Below, one piece after another: positions 63,360 to 64,000 of a stretch of 64,000 nt of DNA. Source of the stretch: Candidatus Omnitrophota bacterium. GTDB lineage: Bacteria > Omnitrophota > Gorgyraeia > Zapsychrales > JANLHA01. Made by a program: the position numbers and the translations under genes. The stretch's first letter is position 1. Each line of letters begins with the position of its first letter. The stretch is taken from NCBI GenBank assembly GCA_022711395.1, contig JAKLFA010000004.1, forward strand, positions 70,361 through 134,360, in the 5' to 3' direction. Under the pieces are notes generated by a model. That model was not told where the DNA came from and did not search any database. It worked only from the letters and a program-made list of their open reading frames with translations.

Positions 63360-64000
63360 TTAAGTTTTAAAAAAATCCACCACACGTTTCACGAACGCGC
63401 CAATGGCAGATCCTCGTTCCAAAAGGACCTGGATCTTCACCGGCCGACCCTGAGCGGCACGTTCAAGCACCGCACGCGGGACCGTAACAAAAGATGAGGA
63501 CATGTGGACCTCGGGGGCAACTTCACCATTGACCAAAACACCCTTGATCACATAAGATCCAAAATCATTCTTACCGCGGTTCTGATAGATGAGCTCAACC
63601 TTGCGACCCGCGAACCAGCATGCCGCCTGCGCTAGGCATTCACCAGAAAACTGCTCGGCGACGAGCTTCGGTTCCAATTTCAGATCCCCATTTTCTCCTC
63701 TGATTCCGAAACTCTGTGTCAAAAGCGTCAGGACATACCAACTGGCTGAACCTGTAAGATACGGATACATCCCCCTGCCTTGCGAGTCGAAATACTCCGG
63801 GATATTCGGATAGATCCGGCTCACATCGCTGCACATGGACATTCGGTAGAGAGACTGCAAAGCTTCATACCCCTCCTGGACACACCCGCGATGATAAAGC
63901 GCGTAGGCATACATCACGGCCATATGGCTGAAGACCGCCCCATTTTCCTTCCTGCCGTAAGCAAAACTGAACGCCCGTCCGAAATCAAGTTCATTACGGG
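63360..64000 (-). CDS. C-terminal part of a glycoside hydrolase/phosphorylase-like (alpha/alpha)6-barrel protein. The gene is partial; its 5' end is beyond the window.
   Basis: The reading frame stays open to the window edge. My translation upstream of the annotated Met is ...RNELDFGRAFSFAYGRKENGAVFSHMAVMYAYALYHRG, which resembles the catalytic-region blocks of GH94/GH65-type enzymes. The C-terminal beta-sandwich reads KVELIYQNRGKNDFGSYVIKGVLVNGE. The family assignment is weak. Confidence 0.35.
   Translation of the reverse strand, partial: RNELDFGRAFSFAYGRKENGAVFSHMAVMYAYALYHRGCVQEGYEALQSLYRMSMCSDVSRIYPNIPEYFDSQGRGMYPYLTGSASWYVLTLLTQSFGIRGENGDLKLEPKLVAEQFSGECLAQAACWFAGRKVELIYQNRGKNDFGSYVIKGVLVNGEVAPEVHMSSSFVTVPRAVLERAAQGRPVKIQVLLERGSAIGAFVKRVVDFFKT

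Noticed and set aside
1-64000. Search for CRISPR arrays, tRNA/rRNA genes, transposases, integrases and phage genes.
   Set aside because: I saw no direct-repeat/spacer arrays, no tRNA-like cloverleaf candidates in the few intergenic regions longer than 100 bp, and no transposase, integrase or recombinase-like ORFs. The window looks like core chromosome plus glycan loci rather than a mobile island.

Overview
This 64 kb window of bacterial chromosome (about 50% GC, roughly 56 genes) has almost every gene on the minus strand. It reads as diderm (Gram-negative): RodZ, lipoproteins with lipoboxes and Sec signal peptides are present. I could not assign the organism; the very large ORFs and compact gene spacing resemble uncultivated lineages. 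I saw no tRNA/rRNA genes, CRISPR arrays, transposases or integrases.

Gene blocks, in order:
1. 1-14 kb, membrane-lipid neighbourhood: a partial ICMT/PEMT-family methyltransferase, a radical SAM enzyme, a DUF2339-like polytopic membrane protein, a membrane-anchored hexapeptide transferase, an alpha/beta hydrolase, an 1141-aa LplT(MFS)-PlsC-Aas triple fusion, a lipoprotein, MarR, a BI-1/YccA-like protein, PgpA, PgsA and RimO.
2. 14-20 kb, housekeeping: RodZ, FtsK, PNPase and ribosomal protein S15.
3. 20.9-36 kb, an unusual alpha-glucan locus, which I think is the most novel part. Two giant paralogous signal-peptide proteins (1293 and 1570 aa) share a roughly 320-aa N-terminal module and a roughly 90-aa C-terminal PLPLP module. 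Between those modules one carries a GT35 alpha-glucan phosphorylase core in which the PLP lysine appears replaced by Arg. The other carries two tandem UDP-glucose-pyrophosphorylase-like (UDPGP) domains. The locus also holds a GH57 hydrolase, a GH57 branching enzyme, a Lys-rich/DUF4912-like protein, a GT4 glucan synthase, and an XRE regulator fused to a CBM48 glycogen-binding domain with a perfect palindrome upstream.
4. 36-56 kb, a cell-surface glycan locus: a GT-C enzyme, a metallophosphoesterase, two methyltransferases, a Wzx-like flippase, three GT4 and one polyprenyl-phosphate GT2 glycosyltransferases, an NDP-sugar pyrophosphorylase, three DegT aminotransferases, a TPP-dependent E1 alpha/beta pair, a WbpB/WbpD-like module and RmlA/RmlB.
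5. 56-64 kb: a dtxR-feoA-feoB iron operon with a candidate DtxR box, a PhoU-domain relic, a DUF523/DUF1722 protein, a VIT1/CCC1 transporter, a cystathionine-family PLP enzyme and a truncated glycoside hydrolase/phosphorylase-like ORF at the window edge.

I identified every protein family by recalling signature motifs while reading the translations; no database or HMM search was run.
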